Below are positions 28,266-41,569 of a DNA stretch of 64,000 nucleotides, one piece after another. The notes below the pieces were generated by a model. That model was not told the DNA's origin. It saw only the letters and a program-made list of their open reading frames with translations, and made no database searches. The translations under genes were made by a program, and so were the position numbers. The DNA is taken from assembly GCA_043228905.1 (NCBI GenBank), contig JBHGNT010000005.1, positions 5,208,001-5,272,000 of the forward strand, written 5' to 3'. Position 1 is the stretch's first letter; each line of letters begins with the position of its first letter. The DNA comes from Azolla caroliniana. Taxonomy: Eukaryota; Plantae; Polypodiophyta.

Positions 28266-28577
28266 TAACAATCGGCAACAGTTCGGTTTGAACTGAACCG
28301 AACCGCGGCTTAACGGCTTCACGGTTTAAACGGTTTGATGGTTTTTAGACAACCTTTTCATTTTGAAGCCTAATTGCCACATTTCAGGAAAAATCTTTAC
28401 AAATTTGAAATAAGGAAGAATTTTAAATTTTGAATTTTGACCTAAGTTGAAAACCGAAACCGAACCATGAAACCTCGGTTTTAACGGTTTAACGGTTTGG
28501 TTTGGTTTAGGTTTCAAAAATTTTAAACGATTCGGTTTGGACACTCTCGAACCGAACCGAACCGTTGCCGATTGTTA
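28266..28577. mobile_element. hAT-type MITE, 312 bp
   Basis: TIR TAACAATCGGCAAC / GTTGCCGATTGTTA. Perfect 8-bp TSD GTTGTTTC at 28258-28265 and 28578-28585. Many AACCG/CGGTT subterminal motifs. Confidence 0.92.
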
Positions 28578-31500
28578 GTTGTTTCCCCAAATTGGCGTAC
28601 CTACAAAAAAGAGGCTAATCTCTAGAAATGAATCCCCCTCCCCTACATTGTGAATTGAAACACGAAATGCCTAGGATATGGGCATTGTCCCCTAGGTTCC
28701 ATACTTATGCACAATTAACAAAGGACTTATGAGGTATATGTGGGCATTGTTTGATGCACATGGTTTTATTGTTGTGACACCCTAGACTTAAACCATACAT
28801 CATTCCTCTTCATCATTTTTCTCTTTCCTTTCTTTCGCAGTACAATATTAGCAAAGGGAAAGCTCGATGTGAGGTAAAAATTCATGACAATATAAAATAT
28901 AAAAAATTTGAATGCTCAAAATAAAGTTAAAATATGTAAAGGAATTTCTATAAGTTGGAGACAATCATAAATATACTTTTAAGTAGAATGTGGTGAAATG
29001 AAAGTTCGCAATAGACATTTGACCAAATACCACATGATTATTAGCTATCCTAATGGTCCAAGATGCCCAAACTCTCTCATCCATTGTAAGAATATGGCAC
29101 CGTGTTTTAAATAATTGAGAAAGATACCAAACAACCAAAAGCATCAATCAAATTGCATTTTTTTTTTTTCTTTCCAATTTGCATTTTTAGAAACTTAAGT
29201 CAAAGATTGCCCTTTAGTTGATGGACAAATTCATAACAATTAAATCATTGTTTTTTATCCTTTTCAACACATCACAAAAAATGGAACAACTTATTCTTCT
29301 TTTTTGTTAGTAAGATTTTGATTGAAGAACCCAATAAACATATCCACGAGATACAACTTTTGTTTAGGAGTAACCCTAAATTCCAATGTTTAGTAGATAT
29401 TTTCTTCCACCATGCCTCCGATATGGTGTTTTATATGAGCTTACACCCAAGAAAGGGGAAGCACATTGGTTGTAAATATTATGAGCTAATATTATAACCA
29501 TTTTGACATGTATGCTACCTTGCTTCAATTGTTAATCAAAAACTCTATTCAATGCATCTAACTAATGGTAGCGCAAGTGGTAGGGACAAATGGTTGTTTG
29601 TGCTCCTTAATTCTAGATGAAGATCATATCATGCATTTGAACCTCAAAATCTTAGTGCATCTCCGATATCACTGACCAAAGCATAAATCAACTTTACACC
29701 TCGTTTGGCCATTGTGAAGCTACGAAGAATGCTTTGTGGCTCCACACAAGCCAAATGGTTATAAAGAAAGACCTCAAATAAGAGAATTTCAAATTTCATG
29801 GAGGTACAATATGTTTTCCTTTACCATTTCCAACAATGGTTTTTGTAGGAATGTCTTCCAGTATTCTAATCAATTTGGTCTAAGTAGAAGCCCTTTCAAA
29901 CACAATAAATAGGAGATTGAAGGCTTGCTAACATACTAATGCTTCTTTTGTCTAGGGAAAAATTTGTTGGACAAACATACGTAGCAAACTAGATATCCTT
30001 GCTAGCATCACCACATTTAATTAAATCAAGTAAATTTACTCCACCGTAAAGTTTAGGTGTGCAACATTGCATGTCATAAAAACCTTAGCCATTTCTTAGT
30101 ATCGGTATGTATGGAGTACCAAAATTTCAATGGTTGTGTTTCACAACATGTGCTTAGGCCAACCAATCAACAATATGAAGACGAAGTAAACATTGTTAGG
30201 ATAAATCCCGAAGATTGGTTACACCATTTGTAGGCATACCTATAATGACCACGTTGATATATTTAAATGTTCAACTTTTGCGCGCCTCTTTCTTCTCTCT
30301 CCTTAATCAAAGAACAATTTCCACGTCACATCATAGATGGAGCTTCTTGAGGGGGATTACTCATTTCCTATCACTCTTTCTCTCATAAAATGTAGCAGTG
30401 ACACATAAACTATCAAAACACCAAGGCTATATTCAAGTATGCAACCAATCACATGCTTACGACAACACAAATTTTCCCTTAGGTGTGCTAAGACTCGCTC
30501 CTAATTTCCTAATACAACTAAGTTTCTCCTTGATCTATCATGTCCCACCCCTTCCGAGTTTTGTTTTTCCTCGCATTGCTTGCTCACTTTTAAGCTTAAA
30601 TGTGGGCCTCCTATTATTGAGAAGATGGTGTGATGGAACCATTATGCCCTTCATATCTTTTTGCATGTCTTCAACATGCTATTCTGATTACCTAGGCTAT
30701 ATGCTATCAATTCCACAAACACCAAAGGTAGGGGAACTATTTCCTACAACAAATGAATTGACCCATATGTTGCAAATGATGGGACTTTCAAGGCGAGGCT
30801 AGCCATCCTTAAGAGAAGGACCTTCTTTAAGTCATTCCCCAAGTAAAGGTAATGGAGTACATATGTTAAACTGGTGATTTGTAACTACACAAATGCAAAG
30901 AGATATATCATGCTAAATTCAAATAAAAGTAGTTGGGTGGACTGTGAATAAAAGGTAAGGAACCACTTGGAATGACTACATAAAAATGGTTAGATGAATA
31001 TGAATCATTGAAAGTGCATGAAATAAGGCCAAATATGTTACTCGATAACAATATCTTTAATGGAGAATGTGCCCTTGCATGGGTGGTTCTTCCTTTCACA
31101 TGTACTAATGTCCCTTCCATATTGTTCTTCTCCTTCACCCTCTAGAGCGTGTTGATGTGGTTGTCAACGATGATGGATTGATGGCCTAGGGCAGGTAGTT
31201 TAATTCTTACAATGTTACTACCCATTCCTTTTTTATCCCGTCACATTTAGATTCCACCGTTCTTGTTCTTTTCCAAGTTATAATAGAACCATTTTTCAAT
31301 CCTTTGGTTATTGGCTAGTTGGTTAGTTCCTAATTTCTCTCTCTCTATCAGGGCATTGATGGCATCTTCCCCAATTGTGGGTTAGAGCTTACCACATTGA
31401 GTCCACATGTCATGGCTAAGTATGCATATTAAATCCTTTTTGTGAACCATAACCCTCACTAGTCGATATCCACTAAGTGTCTAGGTTTTTTTTGAGTGAT

Positions 31501-32453
31501 TTGATAGTGAGTGAGTGTCACTGAGTTATGCACTATTGTCATCCTTCACCTTTATCTTTTCTCCTTGTGGTTTGATTCTTGTTTGTCTTTACCCTATACT
31601 TGATACGATTGCTATCTCACTTTGTTATTCCTAGAAAAGTTGGAGTCATGCAAAGGATTTGTTCTTGGAGTGGTGTTGTGTTGTCTTTCGATTAATGCTC
31701 CCATAGTTTTCCTTCTACCTCACAACATTCTTACATGCAACAATAGATGAAGGTGATTAAGTGAAAGAAAAATGGTTGGCAGAGAAGAGGATAACATTAG
31801 AGCAAGAAAAAAGGTTAAACAAAGGCAAATTTATTTAGACAAAGAAATGAGTTAAACTCACGAAAGATTTAGAGAGAGATAGAGAAGAAAACACGTTATA
31901 GAGGAAAATTTTGAGGAAGAGAAAAGAGAGCTACAAGCGAGAAAAGTTCTAGACCTCTTAATTTACTTATATGTGATCCACCTCAAATGTCTATATCTAA
32001 CGTTCCTTTTTTTTTCTAAGGTCATAAAATTTGATCCAAGGTATTGGGTTCATATCCTTACTTCTCTAAAACTAGATGCTACATTAGTGTATTATAATTA
32101 TGCAAAGAACGTATTAGCTAAGGTCATACATTGTAAATGTTGTTAGCGTTGTAGTTACAAAGTTGGTGTGCAAGTGGGAGATGCGATGCATGGTTGTGGC
32201 CAAGATGAGTTTTACGTATTGCTCGAGGCACATTATGTTTTAGATCCAAAGTGAATTAGATAAATGCAGTGGTTGTCTCTCCAACCCCTTATTGGCATTA
32301 ACCTTACCTGTAATTTATTTGATGAATATACAATGGACAATTTGACAACACTCAGATTCCATAGTCTAGATGGCCTACTTATTGTGAGTACAATTTTATC
32401 TACCTCGTTTTTCTTGTAACCAATGCGAGTGTATCACTAACGTCGTGCTTAAT

Positions 32454-32648
32454 CCACCGGGATATTTGGAATGACTCAACTCAACCATCAATTTGAGTTT
32501 TGATTATATTCTAGACACAAAAATTGTTCACCCCATCTTTTTCTTGCGATCCACCGCCGGGATATTTTGCATGACTCAACTCAACCATCAATTTGAGTTT
32601 TGATTATATTCTCGACACAAAAAATGGTTCACCCCATCTTTTTCTTGC
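32454..32648. repeat. ~100-bp tandem duplication upstream of the HMA gene
   Basis: ccgggatattt..atgactcaactcaaccatcaatttgagttttg...caccccatctttttcttgc occurs twice. Confidence 0.85.
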
Positions 32649-32837
32649 AACATGTGCTTCGTTTGAAGGTGCTCGGACTGGCATTGTGTGAGTCACGGGT
32701 AACCTATCAAGGTTTCGAACCCGAGACATAGTGATAGTAGTGTAACTACTTACCAATAGGGCGAGCTATACGAACATCTTCTAAGACCAAAATTGGCCGA
32801 GGGGCCAAGAGAGAGAAAGCTAACGTCTTCTAAGACC

Positions 32838-32843
<6 letters not shown>

Positions 32844-32921
<78 letters not shown>
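32844..32921. repeat. (GA)n microsatellite, ~39 units
   Basis: Direct read. Other GA tracts at ~1311, ~3129, ~33215, ~62657. Confidence 0.95.
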
Positions 32922-32922
<1 letters not shown>

Positions 32923-33286
32923 CCCACGGAGAAAAAGAAATATATGAAATGGAGACAAAAAGAAATATATGAAACCATTGTCGGAAAACCCACACAATGA
33001 TGTAATAACAATAATAATAAATAAATAAATAAATCTTCTTCTTCTTCTTATTATTAATATGAAACCATCATTGATACGAAAGAAAGAAAAAGCTATGAAA
33101 TGGACGCAATGCCAAGCACTGGTTATATGACACAAAACCTCGCACAGTTTTTGTGACAAGAGAAGAAGGAACTCTACTCCTCCGTCTCCTTCCTCCTGCT
33201 TCTTCACCTTCTTTCTCTCTCTCTCTCTCTCTCTCTTCCTTTTCTTCCTCCCTCCTTCTTTCCTTCCTTTCTTCATCAGGGCTCAG

Positions 33287-35252
33287 ATGATGAGGTTTTT
33301 ACTCATGAAACCTCGTCGGATTGAAGTGGCCAAAGAAGAAGAAGAAGTAACAGAAGAAGAAATACACGAGGGAATATTGAATGAAAGTGAAGGACAATAT
33401 CTTCTTCTTCAGAGACAGAAAAAACCATCTCAGATGATCAAGAAGATTCATCAACACACTTCTTCTTCTTCTTCTTCTTCTTCATCATCATCATCATCAT
33501 CTTCAACTCTCTGGTCTCTATCTGCTGATCAGTCTAAACAGCCTTCTCTTGGTTTTCAGGTATTACTTTTTAGCTCTTCTCGTTTTTTGATCAAAGAAAT
33601 GGCGATTTTGTCTCATTCTTAGTACAAATTTGGCCATTGAACAATATGTTTTGCTTCCATGGTTCATAAAAGTTTGTCCATTGATGAAAATGTTCTCTCC
33701 TTTTTTTAGTACAAGATTGTGCATTGATTGTGTTTCTTATTCTTGTAATTGAACATGTTCCCTCCTTTTTTCACTGCAAGCTTTTTGCATTACACATCAT
33801 GTTTCTCATATTTAGCGCAAGTTTGTCTATTGAGTATGTTGGTCTTTTATTGCATTGCATATGTTGTTTTCTCATTCAATGGAATACGTTGTCTTCTGAT
33901 TCCATTTTACGAATTTCTCCATTTCAAATATTCTTGTCGTTCTACTTGTCCATCAGATTTGTGTTTCTCATTTTACTGCATGTTTTTTCATTGAATATGC
34001 TTTCTCAGTTGACCTACCTGTTTATACATGTATCATCTTTTGTCCACGGAACAAATTTGATCCTATAAGCTTTATAAGATATGGTATTGTTTCATGATCT
34101 ATTACAAGGCTACTGGATAACATGCCTTGTCTTCTAGGCATGACTTCGTAGGAATTCTAAATATTTATTTTTGTAGGCTACCATGAATGTTGAAACTATG
34201 ACAGAAGTTTTCCTTTTTTGGTTTTCTAAATTTTCTTCCTTATTTATTGCATGCATTTTAGGGGTCGCTGATAAATCCTAGTATCTTGTTGGCAAAACTA
34301 TGTGTAATTAAACTATGTATGATATATATTTACTAAATGATGAAAAGGTTCACAACTTTACATAATTTTACATATGACTATGTGTAAGTATGGCAAAAGA
34401 TTAACAAATCAACATAATTAAGGTGTGTTGTATATATAACTTTATAAGTATGCAGTCAAAATCATTCTCAATCAAAAGATTGGTAGACAACTACAACTTA
34501 ATGAATGTTCATTTGTTGTCTAGTTTTAATGCGATTATCTTTCACAGCTGTTGAGTTCTAAATTTATTAGTTTATTTGTATGCAAACCTGGATTGATTTC
34601 ATCAGTTACGTCATACTCAAGAGCCAAAATCATCCTTGCTAGCTATTCTGATTTTGCTTACTATTTTTATGTTTCTTTTTATCTTCTGATGCAGATAGTG
34701 ATTCTCAAGGCATCAATCCATTGCCAAGGATGTGCTCGGAAAGTTAAGAAAGCGGTCTCTAAGCTAGAAGGTGAATTCTTTCTATCTAATCTGTGCTTCT
34801 AGAAACTACTGTCTGTATTAGAATATTTATTTAATTCAAATTTGTATCATATAACACATTGTGGTGTTGCAAAAATGGACAAATGGTGTAATGATTCACT
34901 CTTATATGCTGCAAAAATTTATTTTAAATTGTTTTTGTCTTATGAGTTTGCAAGAATAAATTTATTGTGTATAAATATGTTCTTTCTGTGTCTTACACTA
35001 TAGAACAAATTGTATCCGTGCCCCTATTTGATCGTGTTGCAAGGATGTTATCAAATTGTGTGTAAAATGTGTCTGTCGGTATGTTGCCCAGGTGTGAACA
35101 CATTCCATGTTGACATGAAGGAGCACAAAGTGACTGTAATTGGCAATATTTGTCCGAGTGAAGTTCTACTGTGTGTGAACAAGGTCATTAAAGGTGTTGA
35201 GTTTTGGGAAACACCTAGCAAACCTCAAGCTATTTCAAGCAATCTGTCATGA
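33287..35252 (+). CDS. Heavy-metal-associated (HMA) domain protein, NaKR1-like, 3 exons, ~169 aa
   Basis: Exons 33287-33559, 34695-34770, 35092-35252 (GT-AG, in phase). IVILKASIHCQGCARKVKKAVSKLEGV..VDMKEHKVTVIGN..P.EVL..V.KV...EFW. Acidic/Ser-rich N-terminus, no CaaX. Start codon choice is less certain. Confidence 0.88.
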
Positions 35253-36939
35253 GAAATTGCCGCGTCTTAAATTGAAATAGCATGCATCTCTAAACTCACA
35301 AATGTTTTACTCACACATGTTTTGGCTAAGCAATATTGCTTGTGTAGAGAGAATGAGAGAGAGAGAGATTGCCTCTACATATGACGCTTTTTGGTAAGCA
35401 ATCCTTGTGTATCTCTATCTTTACAACCGTTTTTCGTCATTGACATTTTACAAAGTTTGCTCATCAACAAATTTGATGAGGTATTATTTTGCATATTTTG
35501 AGTATCGTTCAATAGACTGTTTATATTTTTGAGCATTCCAAGTTTGAACAATCATATTTGTTAATCTCCATGCAAAGGTGTCATGATTTCATTTTTGTCT
35601 TTGCCTAAGCAGTTCAGATGTTGCTCTGCCTGTCTCTATCTTTCTTATGTCAACGTAGATTTTAGTATCTACAAAGTTCGCCTATCAACAAATTTGGTCA
35701 GCATCAAAGTTGCTGATTTGAGTAGTTCAAGAAGTGTTGGTATTAGAGCCATACAACTATTTTTTGTTACTCTCCATAGGATATACAAGCTCGAACATTT
35801 GAACATTTCTACCCTCAGTAAACGTTGGATGAATTCAAAATGTGTATATGATCCAGGTGTTTTTCAAATGTATACACACACATTCATTTTTAATGCTCGT
35901 CCAATTTTCCTTTTATGTGTAGGTGTGAATGATGCTTGAGGAAGTGATCTTGCATTTTGTAATTGCCACAACAATTTAAGGAAGTGAATTTACCATGATT
36001 AGCATAATGGTTGGTTGAGTGTTGTGGAGTGAGGGTTTTGCTCAACAAATTCATGTAAGGAAGCTTTGCATCCCTGCACTCACATTATAATTTCCAAGGC
36101 GCAAAGTAATATGATTATGCTGAACTGAAAGGCAATAAAATCAATTGTGTATCTTATGCATTTAATTTATTCATTGCAAATGCTTTATTAAGGTACACAT
36201 TAAAATAATGAAATGGATAGAGTTGAATGAACATCATTTATTTTTCACTGCCCTTTGGACTTGCAGTGGTAAGTTCTAATGAGGTTATTATTTTCACTTT
36301 CATGATGGTCAAGTGATGCATGTGAACTGGCAATGGACATCCTATACAAATAACTTGGCATGCATGCTAACTCATCTTTGGATTGGTCGAACATAATGTC
36401 TAATCACGAGGTATGAAGATGCCATTATTTTGGTCATTACTTTGTAAGAGTACTGTGAGTCAAAGCTTTAATGGCATTCAAAAAGCTAATCTAACCATGA
36501 ACCACCTCAAAAGGAGTTTCTAGTTAATGTCACTATTTTTATGATACTCTAGTAAGAGCAATTATACTTAAAAAATAAATTTCAAATAAACAATTCCATT
36601 AGAAATGGGTTCTTTGGTCATAGGTCATCATTCACATTGTTGTGGTATTTGAGTTCTCTTAGAGGTGCTTGTCAATGCACATGATAGTAAAGCAAAAATG
36701 ATGCTTAGAACATGTGGACATGTCTATCCAACCCGAGATGGACCTCCATTTATGCATCCTAAAAAAGAATGCCCTCACATGAAAAAAACAGACATTTATG
36801 TCAATTTTAAGGCCATAGTAGGGTTCTCACGTTCTACCTTCCATGTTTCTCATAAAAGTAGGAATAACTTTATTAGTGTGGCGAATCTTGCTTCCAATAA
36901 AAATAGGAATAACTTTGTTAGCACGGGGAAATCATAGGT

Positions 36940-36983
<44 letters not shown>

Positions 36984-39219
36984 GAGAATAAGGAGTTGAG
37001 AAGTACGCAAGGTGGGCCTATTGGTCAGTTGTGACCTCATTTTCTTGAACTAGACAGGAATTTCATGAAAGGGTTGGCAAGAGCAATAGACAATGACTTG
37101 CATCTCTCTAATTATTTAGAGAAGAGAAAATGAAATTCTAACCCTCAACTTTTGCTCTTAGAGTTCATTATTCTAGGAAGGGAATCATGGTCGAGGGTAG
37201 GTGACAATGCTTGCAATCTCTAATTTGAATGTCATTGATTGGCTTAAATGTCTTCCAAATTCACTTTGTATTTAGCTGTTATAATTAGTAGGAACACCTC
37301 CCAAGGTTTTACTTGTTATGTGTAATATTTGAGCAATTATATGGATTCATCCCTTTTTTTTGCTTTTGCATTTAGGGAAGTAAATAAAAATTCAAGTTTT
37401 TCCTTTATTAAAATAACCTTATGATGAAGTAAAAAATGCCAATCAGGAAGGCTACACTCCATAGTTTAAACAGTGTTGTTGAAAGCATTTCATAGTTCTA
37501 AAAATGAATTTTCTTTTAGCATGACATTTGTGTCATGGTTCCCCTCTTTCTATAAAGTGTAAAGAAGTTTACGGACACTCTTTTTATTTTGAAATTGCCT
37601 AGGATATAATATGGTTCCATATTTCATTTTAGGATGACCTTCAGACAAAAAGTTGTCAATAGTTTTTCCACATTGCCTACGTAAAGGCAATTTGAGATAT
37701 TATTGAGCTATGTGGGGTTGGTTGAAACTTGAGGCTTGCCAAAAAATTGAGACATTTTCCCATGTACATGACCTTGAGTAAGCATAGCATCACAACATTG
37801 TTCAACAATGGATAAACATGTTTCTCCCAAGATGGGAAAATGACATAAACATCTTGTGATGGATATTGCAAGAAACAAATGTAAGATTTGTACTCACTAG
37901 GCTCTAGTTGATTATACATATGTATTGGAATTTCTTCCATTTAATTGGTCAAGTTCCTTCATAGTAGAGGTTTTAACTCTACAAAATACTAGAAAATATA
38001 ATACTCTTTTCTAGTATTTTCTTGTCATGTTGAGAATATGTAATATCAAATCCAAAAATTCAATAGGAGCTATTAATTGTCAAGGGTCACCTTTATCCCC
38101 AAACTTGTTGTATAACCAACAATATGGGGAAAAAGTCACTTGTTTTCTGATGAAGCTTTTAGTTTTTCCTTTTGGGAATAATGTCATACATCATAGAATG
38201 TCTCTAACATTATTGACATATCCTATGAGAGCTTCATTACCTAGATACATCTAATGTTGCATGCCTAGAAGTTGGGTCGGCTATGTTGACACAAAAAAAT
38301 GTTTGAGGTTTGGACACTTGATTGATGATGCAAAACATACTTTGATTATAATTTATGCATAAGATCCTCAATGTGACATGCTTTAGATAGGGCCCTCGAT
38401 GGTTCGTCTTGAATTTTGAGATCGTGGTAATGAGTGAGCAGGAGGCGATTGCCATTCTCGCCATAAAATGATTTAATGTCCAGTTTGTACTTTATGCTTG
38501 GTGGGTAGCTCAAAAATATTATCATTGTCAGAGAAAATGTGTTTATGTGTTTAACTCAAATAACTTAGACTTCATTAAATAAGAAGAAACAACAATGTGT
38601 AAAGCACAATCTCATCCATATCTCTTATTTGCAAACATAGCCATTAGTAACTTATTTGTGGAATTATGGGAGCCTTTTTTCTGCTGTTTAGAAATCTGTT
38701 ATATTTACATTGAAAAGCATTATAAAAATGAGAGTAAAAACGAGGACCATTATTTTCGTAGTTCTAACTATTATCAAACCAGGCCGTCCAAAACAATAGA
38801 TCAAAACATTCTTGGAGCTTGGACTCTTAAATGCTAACATGTACCAAGAACGTTAATACTTCCTTGCCTAGTATATACTCTTGTTATAAACGTTAAAAGC
38901 TAAATTACAAATGTTTTCCTGTGATAAAAAAGTAGGAGTTTGAACATTTGAGTATTTTGAAGCATGGATTAAATGAATACTAGTACTGATAACAATTATG
39001 AGGATAATCATGAGTTGAAACAGACTTTTAATTGGCTACGAATCAAGTGGTTTTAATTTCTAGCATTATCAATTCAATTGGGATCAAACACGATAGTTAG
39101 GCAAACAATATTGGCATCCATTGAGATATTTCAAATGAAAGTTACTACAAATATCCAAACACTTTTGGGCTGACAACAAAAATTGATATGTGGTCTCTTA
39201 CTTTTTTATATGTATATAT

Positions 39220-40552
39220 TGTGGTGTGCATGTGTTCCTTTGTGCCACCCTTTTAGTACACCCTTTTTAGGATGCATGTACCTAAACCGACCCACCCTAT
39301 TAGCACACTCTTTTTAGCTAAGCCAACCCAAATGGGTACCTTTGTATCAACTATAAATTGAGTAAGAAGCAAGAAGATAACTAGGCTGGTTTTGACCTCT
39401 TATGTGCACTTCACATATTGGTGGACATGCAGGGTACCAATCCCCCACATCCAAGCATCCACCTCTTCCCCCTCACCTTAGGTTGCCATTAACTTCTTGT
39501 CCCACGAGTTTCTCTAATCCCCCTCCTACACGATAGCCCTTGTGTCCCCCACCTCAACCAAGTCTAGGTGACCCTCAGTCCACATGAGTGATTGATCTCT
39601 ATCCGGGTATAGCCCTCCTGTCCCCCACCTCAGCCAAGTCCAGGTAGTCCTCAGTCCACATGAGCGATTGATCTTTATCCGCAAATTGCTAGCTCGTACA
39701 CGATAGACCTCTTGTCCCCCACCTTAACCAAGTCCAGGTGGCCCTCAGTCCACATGAGCGATTGATCTTTATCCGCCAATTGCTAGCTCGTACACGATAG
39801 CCCTCCTGTCCCCCACCTCAACCAAGTCCAGGTGGCCCTCAGTCCACAAGAGCGATTGATCTTTATCCGTTCATTGCTAGCTCGTACACAATAGCCCTCT
39901 TGTCCCCCACCTTAGCCAAGTCCAAGTGGCCCTCGGTCCACAGGAGCAATTGATCTTTATCTGCCGATTGCTAGCTCATTTTTTGTTACTAGTCTCGTCC
40001 AACTATCAGTTTCGACAGTGGTATCCAACAGATGTTTACGTCCCCATACCATCCTCAGACAAATGGTCTCATCGAACGCCTCAACAAGACCCTCAAGAAG
40101 GGGATTGCTACTTGGGATCAAATCTTGCCTTTCTTCACCCACACCTACAATACATCCGTACAGGCGTTGACATGGACCAATCCTTTTTGAGCACTCTATT
40201 GGCTTAACCCTCACCTCTCACAAGAATTGTCCATTGATGTCTATTTGAAACTTTCCACCATGGATAACGCCACTTGGGAGCTCTATCTCCAACAGATGCT
40301 CCCCCTCCTTCGACAAGCCACTACTTCAGTTCCTGCTCCTCAGTCTCTTGTTTCTCTCAGGGGGGGAAATGTGGTGTGCATGTGTTCCTTTGTGCAACCC
40401 TTTTAGCACACCCTTTTTAGGATGCATGTACCTAAGCCGGCCCACCCTTTTTAGCTAAGCCAACCCAAATGGGTACCTTTGTATCAACTATACATTGAGT
40501 AAGAAGTAAGAAGCTAACTAGGCTGGTTTTGATCTCTTATGTGCATATCACA
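39220..40552 (+). mobile_element. TRIM-like LTR element, 1.33 kb; LTRs 39220-39415 and 40370-40552
   Basis: Both LTRs run TGTGG...TCACA. tRNA-Ala-like PBS TGGTGGACATGCAGGGT at 39419; PPT AGGGGGGGAAA before 40370; ATATAT on both flanks; no coding domains. Confidence 0.9.
39528..39978. repeat. About 5 tandem units (~93 bp) inside the TRIM
   Basis: cgatagccctcctgtcccccacctcaaccaagtccaggtggccctcagtccacatgagcgattgatctttatccg..attgctagctcgta repeated. Confidence 0.9.
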
Positions 40553-41569
40553 ATATATATGTATGTATGTGCATGCATTGGTTTTAAAAAGAGTTTATAT
40601 ATTTACCCCCATAGCCAATTAGGTACTCATAAAGAGGGGTTTGATATCATCCCAAGTTCAATCCAAGAGATACTTATGGATTCAATATTCATATTCATGA
40701 TAATTGCAAAGCACATTTAAAGCCAAAAAACACAATGGAAACCATACACAATATTCCAAAGCGAGAATCACCAAGGAAAAGAACTTCAAAATCTTGGCAC
40801 TAGATAAAGCTAGAAGTTAAAGCTTTGGTTTACAAGTCTTGTCTAAATAGATGATAATAGAATAAGCTCAAAGTAGCTAAAACCAACATTAGTAAGCTTT
40901 CAAGCACAACTTGTGTTGAAGATAATGCAAACTCAAGCATGAATACCCATTAAACCACATGTCGACATAAATATATGCTTGATTTTAATGTTTACAAATT
41001 AGCTAGGGTCTTAATGTTTCTTGAGGAACACCAAACTTGCGTTAGACACAAATAGGTGTTTTGTAGGGTATGTACATTTGATCTCATGTGACGTGTCCTA
41101 TGTCACACAATGTACAATTTATTATGTAAGCACTGAATGGGTGTGATTGCTTCATTAGGTAACTGTTAGGGTCAAAACTTTTATGTCACCAAAGAGAGAA
41201 AGACAAGCCAAACTTATAAATGAGATGAAAAAATGTTTTTGAATTACTTTTCCCATTCAAGAAAATAAAATTCTAGGGATCTAAGAATTACTATAACATG
41301 GTTGGACAATACCATTCATTGTCCATGCAAAGGTATATCAACGAGTGTCAGAAAAATTGGAAGAATAATCTTCATCGTCTTCTTCTTAATGATTTTTATC
41401 ATCATCTATCTACCGTTGTCTTGTCAAAATTTTCTTTATAAACGGGTGTGATTTAGAAATGTGAAAGAAATTCTTGGTAAGGCACTCCATGGGGGGCATT
41501 CCGTACAACCTTCTGTCCTAAGATAGGTAGTCATGAATAGTTCATGCTAGATTCATACCTTGGAAGTTG

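Noticed and set aside
32750-33276. ORFs with SLSL/ERER runs
   Set aside because: Translations of GA microsatellites.
39528-39978. CRISPR-like appearance of regular repeats (also 20326-21675)
   Set aside because: Units repeat along their whole length without unique spacers; no cas genes; eukaryotic transposon context.
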